Of a DNA stretch of 64,000 nucleotides, positions 9,102 to 18,632 are shown in pieces. The DNA is from Acidimicrobiia bacterium. GTDB taxonomy: Bacteria; Actinomycetota; Acidimicrobiia; Spongiisociales; ZC4RG35. Each line of letters begins with the position of its first letter. Position 1 is the stretch's first letter. Location of the stretch: NCBI GenBank assembly GCA_050329955.1, contig JBHJOH010000013.1:988-64987 (forward strand), read 5' to 3'. The translations under genes and the position numbers were made by a program. The notes under the pieces are model-generated. The model searched no databases and had not been told where the DNA came from. It was given only the letters and a program-made list of their open reading frames with translations.

Positions 9102-9362
9102 TTGTGTGCACTTTGGACCTACCGACGGGCACCTTCATGCGTCGACTCCTTGCCACCACGACTCTCGCGTCCCTGCGTGCCGGATGTTGATGTGTTCTCC
9201 GATGACATCGGGTCGGTCTTCGAGGCCGACATCAACCGGGTGGCTGCTGCCGGGGTGGCTCGTGGCTGCAACCCGCCTGCCAATGATGCGTTCTGTCCGG
9301 ACCAGGTGGTGACCCGGGGTCAGATGGCGGCGTTGCTGGTGCGGGGCTTCTTCACCGACTGA
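9102..9362 (+). pseudogene. Orphan single copy of an actinobacterial secreted-protein repeat (F-x-D-x(n)-F-x-x-D-I-x(n)-G-C-x(n)-F-C-P-x(n)-VTRGQMAA), a possible gene remnant
   Basis: FSDDIGSVFEADINRVAAAGVARGCNPPANDAFCPDQVVTRGQMAALLVRGF. There is no signal peptide and no further domains. Whether it is expressed is unknown. Confidence 0.3.
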
Positions 9363-9387
9363 TCCCGTCGCACGTCTTCCGTGCTGG

Positions 9388-10854
9388 TCAGCCCGAACCC
9401 AGGGTCGAATCCTGGGTTCGGGCCTCGCGAGCCTCGGCGGCGGCGACGATGCCACGCGCCATCCTCGGGAAGATCAGTCCGTGGAAGGGGACGAGGGCGT
9501 ACCAGTAGAGCCGGCCGAACAGGCCACGGGGAACGAACCACGCTGTCTGGACCAGGCTGCTGCCGGTGTCGGTCGGAGTCACCCGCCAGCTGAGCCAGGC
9601 CTCGCCCGGCAACAACATCTCGGCCTTGAGGTCGAGTGAGACACCCGGCTCGATGCCCACCACCCGCCAGAAGTCGAGCGGCTCGCCCATGTTCACCTGC
9701 TCCGGGTGGCGTCGTCCGCGCCGCAGGCCGGCGCCGCCGAACAGCTTGTCGACCAGCCCGCGGATGCTCCAGGCCCAGTTGGCGGCGTAGTAGCCGTTCA
9801 CCCCGCCCACCCGCATGAACGCCCATGCCACGTCGTCGGCGGATGCCGCCGCCTCGATGGTGCGGCGGTTACGCAGGATGGTCCCGAAGGCGTGGTCGGG
9901 GTCCGAGGGCATCGGATCGGACGGCTGCCACGAGCCCCGCCCCCACCGGGTGGGAATGTCCGAGCCGCGAGTGCGTTCCAAGGCAAGGTTGACCGCCTCG
10001 TCGTATCCGATCCGGACCAGCGGGATCAGCTCGTCGGCGGAAGGATCGGTTACCACCACCTCGTGTTGGAGGCTGTCGACCAGGTGGGCGGCGACCCCGT
10101 TGGAAAGGGGTGTGACGAGCCCGACCCAGCGGGCCGACAAGCCCAATGAGAGCACAGGGACCCTGATGAGCACCCGGCGTCGCAGGCCGGCCACTTTGGC
10201 GTATCGGTGCATCATGTCGGCGTAGCTCAACACATCGGGCCCGCCGATCTCGATGATGCGTCCGGCCGTGTCGGGATGGTCGAGCGCTCCGGCCAGGTAG
10301 GCCAGCACATCGCGGATGGCGATCGGCTGGCAGCGGGTGGTGACCCACTTGGGCGTCACCATCACCGGCAGCACCTCGGTGAGGTGGCGGGTCATCTCGA
10401 AGGACAGTGATCCCGACCCGATGATCACCGCCGCCCGGAATTCGGTCACCGGCACGCTGCTTTCGGAGAGGATACGCCCGACCTCCTGTCGGCTCGCCAG
10501 GTGCGGCGAGAGATCGCCCCGACCCAACCCCCCCAGATAGATGATGCGGCTCAGCCCCGCCGCGGCGGCCCCGTCGGCCAGGTTGATGGCGGCCTGGCGG
10601 TCGACATCTTCGAAGTCTGACCGTTCCATCGAATGCACCAGGTAGTAGGCGGCATCCATGCCCTCGAGGGCGCTGGCCAGGGAGTCCCGATCCAGCATGT
10701 CGGCCGAGACGACGTCGACTTCGGCTCGCCACGGATACGACCCGAGCGAAGCCGGGCGCCGTGTCACCGCTCTCACCGAGTGCCCGCGCTCGAGGAGCAG
10801 CGGGATCAAACGACCACCCACGTACCCACTGGCACCGAACACGACGACCTTCAT
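9388..10854 (-). CDS. NAD(P)-binding (NmrA/atypical SDR) protein with a DUF2867-like C-terminal domain
   Basis: MKVVVFGASGYVGGRLIPLLLERGHSVRAVTR is a Rossmann motif. The long C-terminal region resembles DUF2867 (recollection). Start trimmed from 10899 to ATG 10854, which has GAGG upstream. Confidence 0.8.
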   Translation of the reverse strand: MKVVVFGASGYVGGRLIPLLLERGHSVRAVTRRPASLGSYPWRAEVDVVSADMLDRDSLASALEGMDAAYYLVHSMERSDFEDVDRQAAINLADGAAAAGLSRIIYLGGLGRGDLSPHLASRQEVGRILSESSVPVTEFRAAVIIGSGSLSFEMTRHLTEVLPVMVTPKWVTTRCQPIAIRDVLAYLAGALDHPDTAGRIIEIGGPDVLSYADMMHRYAKVAGLRRRVLIRVPVLSLGLSARWVGLVTPLSNGVAAHLVDSLQHEVVVTDPSADELIPLVRIGYDEAVNLALERTRGSDIPTRWGRGSWQPSDPMPSDPDHAFGTILRNRRTIEAAASADDVAWAFMRVGGVNGYYAANWAWSIRGLVDKLFGGAGLRRGRRHPEQVNMGEPLDFWRVVGIEPGVSLDLKAEMLLPGEAWLSWRVTPTDTGSSLVQTAWFVPRGLFGRLYWYALVPFHGLIFPRMARGIVAAAEAREARTQDSTLGSG

Positions 10855-10969
10855 GGAGTGACCTCGGCCGGTACCAGGCGATTCAAATGACATGACCACC
10901 CCCCAACCCTACGACTGCCAGTGGCGAACCGTGCATCGCTTGCCCCGCTGATCTGCTGGAGTACGCCCC

Positions 10970-11482
10970 ATGACGATGGATCTGGACATCAGGCGCATCG
11001 ACTCCACATGCGGCCCCGAAGCCGTCGAGGTCATCAACACCGCCGCCGCCTGGTACGCCGAGTTCCTTCCGCCGGGTGAGTTCGACGGAATCGAGATGGA
11101 CCTGGAGCAGTGGCTCGCCGAGGGTCGAAGGCTCACCTGGTACGGAGCGTTTCGCGATGGGCGGTTGCTGGGCGTGATGGGGCTCGAATACGTGCGGGAG
11201 GTGGCGCTGTTCCGCCACGCCTACATCCTGCCCTCCGAGCAGCGCAGGGGGGTGGCGGCCGCGTTGCAGGCGCGGATCACCGAGGATCTTCGTCCGGTCG
11301 AGCGGGTGCTGGTCGGCACCTACGCCGCCAATCACAAGGCGCGTGGCGTGCTGGAGAAGGGCGGATACCGGTTGGTGGAGGACTCGGAGGCCGAGCTGCG
11401 CCGCTACTGGGACATTCCGGAGCACCGGCTGGCCTCGTCGGTTGTCTACGAGTTGAGAACCGATCTGAGACGATCGACGTAG
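10970..11482 (+). CDS. GNAT-family N-acetyltransferase
   Basis: The acetyl-CoA binding region YILPSEQRRGVAAALQARI...NHKARGVLEKGGYRLV is typical of GNATs. Confidence 0.8.
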   Translation: MTMDLDIRRIDSTCGPEAVEVINTAAAWYAEFLPPGEFDGIEMDLEQWLAEGRRLTWYGAFRDGRLLGVMGLEYVREVALFRHAYILPSEQRRGVAAALQARITEDLRPVERVLVGTYAANHKARGVLEKGGYRLVEDSEAELRRYWDIPEHRLASSVVYELRTDLRRST

Positions 11483-11808
11483 GCCGGATCGGATGTCCGT
11501 GCCTGGACGACGTCGATCGGCGCCTCCAAGCCGCCCGGTGAAGAGCAATAGGCGAAAACGCGCCACCAGGCCGTCGCCGAGGTCGCCGAGGTCGCCGACG
11601 CCGTGAGGTCCGCTCCAGACAGTTCGGTGTCGTTCCAGTGAGTCATCCGGTAGGAGACCTCGACATCCCAGTCCTGGTTCCGCCCTCGCCACCTGAAGGT
11701 GTCGTCGTACGGACACCAGGGAGGGGCCACCCGGTCCATCGGGGTGGCACCGGTGGCGGTGTCGAACGCCTCGTCGCAGACCTCGCAGATCGGTGGTTTC
11801 ACCACCAA
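11446..11808 (-). CDS. Hypothetical protein
   Basis: ORF only. The N-terminal half is protein-like (PPICEVCDEAFDTATGATPMDRVAPPWCPYDDTFRWRGRNQDWDVEVSY). The 3' end overlaps the convergent GNAT gene by ~37 bp. Confidence 0.3.
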   Translation of the reverse strand: MVVKPPICEVCDEAFDTATGATPMDRVAPPWCPYDDTFRWRGRNQDWDVEVSYRMTHWNDTELSGADLTASATSATSATAWWRVFAYCSSPGGLEAPIDVVQARTSDPAYVDRLRSVLNS

Positions 11809-11853
11809 CGAGCTACCGCCCGCATCCGGTCCCAGAACGAGAAAGAGAGCGGG

Positions 11854-12900
11854 TCAGCTCCTCAGGTTCGAGGCGAGCTGTTGGAGGAACTCGGCTGCTG
11901 GAGCACCGTCGACGAAGGCGTGATCGAACGTCAGCGACAGTGTCATCTGCGCCCCTACCGCCACCGTCCCGTCGGGGGTCACCACCGGGACCTTGCGGAT
12001 GGCGCCCATACCGAGGATGGCAACCTGCGGCAGGTTGATGACGGGCGTGAACCCGTCGACGCCGTATCCGCCCAGATTGGTGACGGTGAAGGTCCCGCCC
12101 TCGTAGTCGGCGTTGACCAGCGCCTTGTCCCGGGCGCGTTGGGCCAGCGCCCGGATCTCCTCGGCCACCTCGTCCACCGACTTGGCCGCCGGATCTCTCA
12201 GCACCGGTGCCACCAGTCCCTCATCGGTCTGGATCGCCACCGCCACGTGGGCGGTTGCGGCCGGCGTGAAGACGTCACCCTGGCGACGTCCGTTCAGATC
12301 AGGATGGTCCAACAGAACCTGGGCGGCGGCCCGCACCACCTTGGCGGTGACATTGGCGGGTGTGCTCGAACCCAACTCCACCGTGGCGAACAGTGTCACC
12401 GGCGCGGTCTCGGCCTGGCTCCGGCGCATGTTGCGGGCGATCACCGCCCGCAACGGCGTCATGGCGGTGGGGTCGGGCCCGGCTGAGGCGGCGTGGACGT
12501 CGGCCTCGGTGATGCGACCCCCAGGACCGCTCCCGGACACCGAGGCGATGTCCACCCCCAGTTCCCGGGCCAGTCGTTTGGCGGCGGGCGAAGCCGCCAC
12601 CGGCGGTGCGATCGGCGCAGCAACCGCCCCGGGGGTCGTCACCGCCGCCGGGGCGGGCGTTGTGACCGCGTCGACGATTCGGCAGATCGGTCGGCCCTGG
12701 GGGACCGGGTCGTTGATGACGACCCGGTCCACCACGTAGCCCGCCGATGGTGCCCGCACCTCGTCGGCCGTCTTCTCGGCCTGCACCTCGGCGATGAGCT
12801 GTCCCTCGGCACACGCCTGGCCGTCGTCGACGAACCAGGCGGTGACGACACCGTCCTCGCCTTCGCCGGTGATGACCGGCATCGTCACTTCCATGCTCAT
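11854..12900 (-). CDS. Dihydrolipoamide acyltransferase (E2) of a 2-oxoacid/acetoin dehydrogenase complex
   Basis: Lipoyl domain (LIAEVQAEKTADEVRAPSAGYV), E3/E1-binding domain (PAAKRLARELGVDIASVSGSGPGGRITEADV) and catalytic domain (LSLTFDHAFVDGAPAAEFL). Confidence 0.9.
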   Translation of the reverse strand: MSMEVTMPVITGEGEDGVVTAWFVDDGQACAEGQLIAEVQAEKTADEVRAPSAGYVVDRVVINDPVPQGRPICRIVDAVTTPAPAAVTTPGAVAAPIAPPVAASPAAKRLARELGVDIASVSGSGPGGRITEADVHAASAGPDPTAMTPLRAVIARNMRRSQAETAPVTLFATVELGSSTPANVTAKVVRAAAQVLLDHPDLNGRRQGDVFTPAATAHVAVAIQTDEGLVAPVLRDPAAKSVDEVAEEIRALAQRARDKALVNADYEGGTFTVTNLGGYGVDGFTPVINLPQVAILGMGAIRKVPVVTPDGTVAVGAQMTLSLTFDHAFVDGAPAAEFLQQLASNLRS

Positions 12901-12903
12901 CGC

Positions 12904-13923
12904 TCAGCCCGAGACCAGTGCCCTGGCAGCCGCAGTGATCCGGTCGACCGACGGCAATGCCCATGTCTCCAACGGATGGCTGTAGGGGATGGGCGTGTCG
13001 GGCGTCGCCACCCGCACCGGGGGAGCGTCGAGATAGTCGAAGGCTCCCTCGACCACGGTGGTGATGACCTCGCCGGTCATCCCGAAGCTCTGGTAGTCCT
13101 CGTCGACGACCATCAGTCGATGGGTCTTCTGGACGCTGGCGACGATCGCCTCCCGATCGAGCGGGACCAACGAACGCAGGTCGATGACCTCTGCCGAGAT
13201 CCCCTCGGAGGCCAACTGCTCGGCGGCATCGAGCGCCTTGTGGACCGACAGTCCGACGGTGACGATCGAGAGGTCGGTGCCCTCCCGGGCGATGGCCGCC
13301 TTGCCGATCTCCACCTCGTAGGCCTCCTCGGGAACGACCCCGGTCGCCCGCGGGTTGTTGACCATCCATCCGAGGCCCAACACGCCCTTGTGGAACATGT
13401 AGACCACCGGGTTGTCGTCGCGAATGGCTGCGATCATCAGGCCCTTGGCGTCGTAGGGATTGGAGGGCACCACCACCTTCATCCCAGGGAGGTGGGCGAA
13501 CGTCCCCCACAAGGTCTGGGAGTGTTGCCCGGCGTCGGAGTACCCGCCGCCCACCGCGGTGGTGAGCACCATCGGCACCGTGATGTTGCCGCCGCTGAAG
13601 TAGTGGATCTTGGCCATGTTGTTGTAGATCTGGTCCATGCACACGCCGAAGAAGTCGACGAACATGAGCTCGACCACCGGCCGCAGCCCGTTGATGGCCG
13701 CCCCGACGGCGGCGCCGATGAAGGCCGTCTCCGAGATCGGGGTGTCCTTGACGCGCTCGGGGCCGTGGGTATTGAGCAGGCCCTCGGTGGCACCGAAGAT
13801 GCCGCCGTACACTCCCACGTCCTCGCCCATCACGAACACGGAGTCGTCGACCGCCATCTCCTGGGAGATCGCCTCGGCGATTGCCTTCTGGGTTGTGAGC
13901 TTGCGATCGGTCATGGCGGTCAT
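12904..13923 (-). CDS. 2-oxoacid (acetoin-type) dehydrogenase E1 beta subunit
   Basis: C-terminal 340 aa of track ORF 12904..14412: MTAMTDRKLTTQKAIAEAISQEMAVDDSVFVMGEDVG...RVKDTPISETAFIGAAVGAA. The start shares one base with the E1alpha stop (TGATG). Confidence 0.92.
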   Translation of the reverse strand: MTAMTDRKLTTQKAIAEAISQEMAVDDSVFVMGEDVGVYGGIFGATEGLLNTHGPERVKDTPISETAFIGAAVGAAINGLRPVVELMFVDFFGVCMDQIYNNMAKIHYFSGGNITVPMVLTTAVGGGYSDAGQHSQTLWGTFAHLPGMKVVVPSNPYDAKGLMIAAIRDDNPVVYMFHKGVLGLGWMVNNPRATGVVPEEAYEVEIGKAAIAREGTDLSIVTVGLSVHKALDAAEQLASEGISAEVIDLRSLVPLDREAIVASVQKTHRLMVVDEDYQSFGMTGEVITTVVEGAFDYLDAPPVRVATPDTPIPYSHPLETWALPSVDRITAAARALVSG

Positions 13924-14972
13924 CACGTCACCGTCCTGGGTGCGAACACGTCCTCGAGCGTCGACTCGGGAGCGGGGTAGGGGCTGTTCATGGCGAAGCT
14001 GATCGCTTCCTCGACCTCGGCATGCATGCGGCCCTGGATGTCCGCCATGTCCGCTTCGTTGAGCACACCCTCGTCCGACAGCCGCCGCCCGAACACCAGG
14101 AGGGGATCGCGGTCGTTCATCTCGGTCTTGAAGGCGTCGGAGCGGTAGGCATCGGCGTCGCCCTCGAAGTGCCCCCACAGTCGATCCGTCTTCACCTCGA
14201 TCAGGCTGGGGCCATCGCCCCGCCGCGCCCGGGCGATGGCTCCACCCATCACCTCGTAGACGGCGACCGGATCGTTCTCGGAAACCAGCACTCCGGGGAT
14301 GCCGTAGGCCGACGCCCGGTCGCTGTTGTCGGCTACGGCGGTCGATGCCGACTTGGGCACCGAGATGGCGTAGGCGTTGTCCTCGCAGATGAACACCACC
14401 GGGAGGGTCCACAGGGCGGCGAGGTTGAGCGACTCGTGGAATGCGCCCTGGTTGGCGGCGCCCTCACCGAAGAACGAAAGCGCCACGTTGTCGGTCTTGC
14501 GGTACTTGAAGGCCATGGCCGCCCCCACCGCCACCGGCATGCCCTCGCCGATGATGCCCGAGCATCCGAAGTTGGGCTGGATGGAGAACAGGTGCATGTG
14601 CCCGCCCTTGCCCCGACCCAATCCGGTCTCGCGGCCGAAGATCTCGGCTGCCATCCGGTTGAGGTCGACGCCCTGGGCGATGGCGACGTGGTGCGGCCGG
14701 TGGGTGGCGGTGATGGCATCGCCGGGCTTCAGATGCGGTCGCATACCGACGGCCACCGGTTCCTGTCCGGCGGCGAGATGCATCTCTCCGGGAATGAGCC
14801 CGGCTGCGATGTCGAAGGCAGGGAGCTTGTCGGCGAAGTAGAGCTCCCGGATCCGCTCCTCGAAGCGACGGATCTTCACCATCGTGGAATACATGTCGAC
14901 CAGGTGTTCACGGGGGATGTCCACGAACGGCCCTCCTCTCTTCAGGGCCGGCACCCGGGCGGCATCGGCCAT
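13923..14972 (-). CDS. Thiamine-diphosphate-dependent dehydrogenase E1 alpha subunit (AcoA/PdhA-like)
   Basis: MYSTMVKIRRFEERI...HLAAGQEPVAVG...GKGGHMH...FFGEGAANQGAFHESLNLAALW are E1alpha TPP motifs. Confidence 0.92.
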   Translation of the reverse strand: MADAARVPALKRGGPFVDIPREHLVDMYSTMVKIRRFEERIRELYFADKLPAFDIAAGLIPGEMHLAAGQEPVAVGMRPHLKPGDAITATHRPHHVAIAQGVDLNRMAAEIFGRETGLGRGKGGHMHLFSIQPNFGCSGIIGEGMPVAVGAAMAFKYRKTDNVALSFFGEGAANQGAFHESLNLAALWTLPVVFICEDNAYAISVPKSASTAVADNSDRASAYGIPGVLVSENDPVAVYEVMGGAIARARRGDGPSLIEVKTDRLWGHFEGDADAYRSDAFKTEMNDRDPLLVFGRRLSDEGVLNEADMADIQGRMHAEVEEAISFAMNSPYPAPESTLEDVFAPRTVT

Positions 14973-15018
14973 CCGATTCGGAACCTACCCCTACCGACAG
15001 CGGGGTGTCGGACCCAGC

Positions 15019-15936
15019 TCACGGAAGTGCACGGTCGAGATCGATCACCCTGGGGCCTTTCACCACCCGAGCCTGACCGCCCGCGGCCGGGAGGCGGCGC
15101 TCGCCGTCCAGCGCTACCAATCCGGCGGCGGGGTCGATCTGGAGCACACTGCCGAGGGAAAGGTCCTCGTGTCCGGCGACGGGAATGTCGAGCACCACGC
15201 CGGGGCCGAACACCGCAGACACGGTCCCCGTCCCGCCGAAGCGGATCCACCGGGCATTGCCCGGCTGAAGGGGACCGAGGGCGGCGGCGATCGAGGCGAT
15301 GCCCACGGCTGTGCGTCGAGCCGACGTCACCAAGCCTTCGACCAGCGACGCCGGGTCGAGGATGGCACCGGCACCCACCCAGCGGTCGCGTACGGCGACG
15401 GCGTCGATCACCGCCAGTGCCCTTCCGACAGTGGTGTCGACTTCCACGGCAGTGGTGGGCACGAACGCATCGAGGCCGCCCACCAGGGCACGGGCGGTGG
15501 CAAACCCGATCACGGTTGGTTCGTGGGTGAGGGCGAAGGCGTTGTTGGTCCCGGCGGCGAGCGGCACCAGCGGCGCTTCCGGCCAGCCTTCAGCTGCGGC
15601 CCTGACGGTGCCGTCTCCGCCCACGGTGACGAGGGCAGCGGCGCCAGTGGCTTGGAGTAGTCGGGCCGCCGTGCGGGTGTCGGCCTCGACTCCCTCGGCC
15701 ACCACGTCGAGAAACCCGAGGCTCGCCCCGGCCGACCCGGCCAGGCGGGCGGCCCGTCTCACCAGTCCGGCGGCATCGTCGAGGGCGATGACCTCGATGT
15801 CGGTGATCGAGCCGAGTCCGACCAGGAGCCGAGCGACCAGGTTTGCCTTCTCCTCGATGTCCATTACCCGGGCGAGACCGGTGAGGCGTCGAATGTCCTT
15901 GGACGACGCCGGGTTGGCGATGAGGCCGACATGCAT
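15019..15936 (-). CDS. ATP-NAD kinase-like protein (AcoX-like), first gene of the E1/E2 operon
   Basis: MHVGLIANPASSKDIRRL...VTVGGDGTVRAAA is the NAD-kinase/diacylglycerol-kinase GGDGT motif. Trimmed from track ORF 15019..16575, whose 5' extension runs antisense through dps. Confidence 0.75.
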   Translation of the reverse strand: MHVGLIANPASSKDIRRLTGLARVMDIEEKANLVARLLVGLGSITDIEVIALDDAAGLVRRAARLAGSAGASLGFLDVVAEGVEADTRTAARLLQATGAAALVTVGGDGTVRAAAEGWPEAPLVPLAAGTNNAFALTHEPTVIGFATARALVGGLDAFVPTTAVEVDTTVGRALAVIDAVAVRDRWVGAGAILDPASLVEGLVTSARRTAVGIASIAAALGPLQPGNARWIRFGGTGTVSAVFGPGVVLDIPVAGHEDLSLGSVLQIDPAAGLVALDGERRLPAAGGQARVVKGPRVIDLDRALP

Positions 15937-16044
15937 GAGCGACACCCTAGAGCTGAGCACCGGCTCAGGGCCGGGGAGCAAGCCGGGGTTTGGTGAACCG
16001 CCATCGGTGGGTAGGTGGCGCCCGTCCGAAGGAAGGATCTCTCC

Positions 16045-16599
16045 ATGGAATCGCCCAAGTTCACCGTACCGGGTATCACCCACGAGGATGCCGGCACCCT
16101 CATCGACACCCTCGCCGATCGGCTCGTCTCGCTCATCGACCTCTCGCTCGCCCTCAAACACATCCACTGGAACGTGGTGGGCCCCCAGTTCATCGCGGTA
16201 CACGAGTTGCTCGATCGGCAGGTCGACGCAGCCCGCCGGATGTCCGACGCCGTGGCGGAACGGATCGCCACACTCGGCGGGACCCCCGTCGGGACACCGG
16301 GTCATCTGGTGGCGAGCCGATCCTGGGACGACTACTCCGTCGGCAAGGCGACGGTGCCGGTGCATCTCGCCGCTCTCGATCTCGTATACAGCGGGTTGAT
16401 CCTGGACCATCGCCGGGCGCAGGAGACGGCCGCCGGACTCGACCCCGTCACCGAGGATCTGCTGCTCGGCCAGCTCGGTGTGCTCGAGCAGTTCCAATGG
16501 TTCGTTCGTGCCCACCTCGAGAACGCGGCAGGTGAGCTGGTCACCCCGGCGCCGACCGAGCTCGAGGTCGATCAACCAGCCAACGACGTCTACGTCTGA
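16045..16599 (+). CDS. dps: Dps-family DNA-protection/ferritin-like protein
   Basis: LIDLSLALKHIHWNVVGPQFIAVHELLDRQVDAARRMSDAVAERIATLGG is the Dps ferroxidase-site signature. GAAGGAAGGA Shine-Dalgarno sequence before ATG 16045. Confidence 0.9.
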   Translation: MESPKFTVPGITHEDAGTLIDTLADRLVSLIDLSLALKHIHWNVVGPQFIAVHELLDRQVDAARRMSDAVAERIATLGGTPVGTPGHLVASRSWDDYSVGKATVPVHLAALDLVYSGLILDHRRAQETAAGLDPVTEDLLLGQLGVLEQFQWFVRAHLENAAGELVTPAPTELEVDQPANDVYV

Positions 16600-16643
16600 T
16601 GTGTCTACGTCTGATGTGACCTCCCGACGCCAAGGAAGTTGAG

Positions 16644-17129
16644 ATGTCGTTCGATCCCGCCCCCGGTTCTTCTGGTGTTTCGGCCCACACGTCCAGCCGC
16701 CCCGATCCCGCCCGCGAGGTACGGGAGATGGCGCGATTGCTGGTCGACTCCGCCGAACGATTGGCCGCCGCCTCCGACCTGGTCGTGAACGCAGCGACCG
16801 CTCGCTCGCTCGGCGAGATGGGGCAGATGCGTCGGACGGCCTCCGACACGGTGATCGCCCTGGCAGCCGATGCCGGTGTTGTGGTCCGCAATGACGCCAC
16901 CGGCTCAGCCGGTGGCGTCATGGACCAGTCCACCCTCGGATTGCCGACGGGAGACGACTCGGTGGTGATCGAAGTCCTCCTGGCGAGAGATGACCGGTTG
17001 GTGGTTCGCCTCGATGCCGCTCAGGGCGGGGACCTGCCGCCGATGGTGAAGGAGCAGCTGCGGCTCACGGGAGCTCAGGTGCGCGATGGTCTGAGATCCA
17101 TGGCCACCTGGGTCGGCAGCGGCTCATGA
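16644..17129 (+). CDS. Hypothetical protein
   Basis: ORF with plausible protein composition. No family recognised. Confidence 0.4.
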   Translation: MSFDPAPGSSGVSAHTSSRPDPAREVREMARLLVDSAERLAAASDLVVNAATARSLGEMGQMRRTASDTVIALAADAGVVVRNDATGSAGGVMDQSTLGLPTGDDSVVIEVLLARDDRLVVRLDAAQGGDLPPMVKEQLRLTGAQVRDGLRSMATWVGSGS

Positions 17130-17214
17130 GGCTCCTGCTCTGGTCCGTGCTCGGGGAGTCGTTAGCCGGACACTGGACAAGCGGCTCCGGGAGCGTTGGC
17201 GGAGTGACCCTCCG

Positions 17215-17715
17215 ATGACGGCGTATCGTGCCGGGGGAGCCGGGAAGCAAGCCGACAACCAGGACGACGACAACGAACTCGACGATGCCTTTCGGGCAGT
17301 GATGGAGGGACTGCGTACCACCCTCCCCGGAGTGCAGGTGCTGTTCGCATTCCTGCTCACCATGCCCCTGCAACCCGGGTTCGCCGAGCTGGACAGCCTC
17401 GACCGGGATGTGTTCTACCTGGCGTTCGCCTCGTCCGCCCTGGCCTCGGTCCTCCTCATCACTCCGAGCGTGCACCAACGTATCCGGGCTCCGATCTCGG
17501 GTCTGCGAAGACGGACCGCCCGTCACGTGTTCGTGGCGATTCGGATCGCAAATGCCGGGACCGTGATCGCAGCGGTGGCCCTGTCGGCGTCGGTCTACCT
17601 GGTGACGTCGTTGGTGTTCGGGGACCGGGCCGGGGCCGTCGCCGCCGGGGTCCTGGCGCTGGTCACGGCGTGGGCCTGGTTCTACCTCCCGATGGTGGCC
17701 TTCCGTCACAGATGA
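17215..17715 (+). CDS. Membrane protein (DUF6328-like)
   Basis: An acidic N-terminus followed by ...LPGVQVLFAFLLTMPLQPGF... and further TM spans, matching my recollection of the DUF6328 layout. Confidence 0.65.
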   Translation: MTAYRAGGAGKQADNQDDDNELDDAFRAVMEGLRTTLPGVQVLFAFLLTMPLQPGFAELDSLDRDVFYLAFASSALASVLLITPSVHQRIRAPISGLRRRTARHVFVAIRIANAGTVIAAVALSASVYLVTSLVFGDRAGAVAAGVLALVTAWAWFYLPMVAFRHR

Positions 17716-17885
17716 CACTTCGTGCCCATGTGGGATCGGCGGGGAGCGGATGTTTCGGGCCTGGGTGTATCCGGGTAGACGGCGAGGTGAAAGCGACCTG
17801 GAAGCGGGGGTGGGCCGTGGGAAGGTCGCCCGAGAGAATCGGACAAGAGGAACAGGTTCGACCAGAAGAGCCGTCGAGGGATCGA

Positions 17886-18263
17886 GTGGAGACGCGGCTG
17901 TTCAGGCGCGACGAGCGGGCGCCTTCCGCCGTGCGCCGTCTGGTGGCGATGGTCGTCGCCGGCTGGGCGGTCGGCCCCGTGATGCTCGCCGCCAGCGAGA
18001 TCACCACCAACGCCGTGAAGTACGGAGAGCCGGACTCGCCCGATCTGGTGAAGGCCACCGTGAGTCAGCAGTCTGGGGCTGTGTCGGTGGAAGTGGTGGG
18101 ACGCGGGAGGTTCGCCCCGGGGAAGCATCAGCGTGAAGGCCCAGGAGGTTTCGGACTGGGGATCGTCGACGAGATCGCCTCGGCCTGGGGCGTTGAGCAG
18201 CACGGACGAAACGTCCGGGTCTGGTTCACGGTTGAGGCTACCGATCCCCGAAACGCAGACTGA
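17886..18263 (+). CDS. RsbW/SpoIIAB-like anti-sigma factor (HATPase_c_2)
   Basis: AVRRLVAMVVAGWAVGPVMLAASEITTNAVKYG...GPGGFGLGIVDEIASAWGVEQHGRNVRVWF. Start placed at GTG 17886, which has GAGGGA upstream. The start is uncertain (the track ORF begins at 17670). Confidence 0.7.
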   Translation: METRLFRRDERAPSAVRRLVAMVVAGWAVGPVMLAASEITTNAVKYGEPDSPDLVKATVSQQSGAVSVEVVGRGRFAPGKHQREGPGGFGLGIVDEIASAWGVEQHGRNVRVWFTVEATDPRNAD

Positions 18264-18597
18264 TGCGGTACTCGTGACTCGACCGTACGACGGTATGTCC
18301 CGGTGCCAACGTGTCGAGCGCTACCGTGAGCAGGTCGATCCCGTCGTCCTGGTGGTCGATGTCCCTACCCGTGCCCACCACGTCGACTGCGATGGACTCG
18401 GGGCCGGTGGTGCCGTTCACGGAGACGCCCGTCACGCCGGGAGCCGTGGCCACCGCCAGGGTGGCCTCGTCGAGCACCAGGCTCAGATCCGCCAGGTCGC
18501 TGGCGTTCTCGAGACGTCCGGCCGCCGTCACCACGACGGTGCGGGGTACGTGGAGCCAACGGGGGTCGGCGGGGACATCGACTCTGAAAGAGGTCAT
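18238..18597 (-). CDS. Degenerate RsbW-like (anti-sigma-kinase-fold) protein
   Basis: FRVDVPADPRWLHVPRTVVVTAAGRL...DLSLVLDEATLAVATA follows the N-terminal pattern of HATPase_c_2 anti-sigma factors. I see no clear G-boxes. Confidence 0.45.
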   Translation of the reverse strand: MTSFRVDVPADPRWLHVPRTVVVTAAGRLENASDLADLSLVLDEATLAVATAPGVTGVSVNGTTGPESIAVDVVGTGRDIDHQDDGIDLLTVALDTLAPGHTVVRSSHEYRISLRFGDR

Positions 18598-18632
18598 GAG
18601 CTGATGATACGATCGATGGAGGTGGAGGTGTC

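Noticed and set aside
12299-13980. ORFs 12299..13642(-) and 12493..13980(+) spanning the E2/E1beta genes
   Set aside because: They are frame-shifted or antisense shadows of well-supported dehydrogenase genes, with R/G/P/H-rich nonsense composition.
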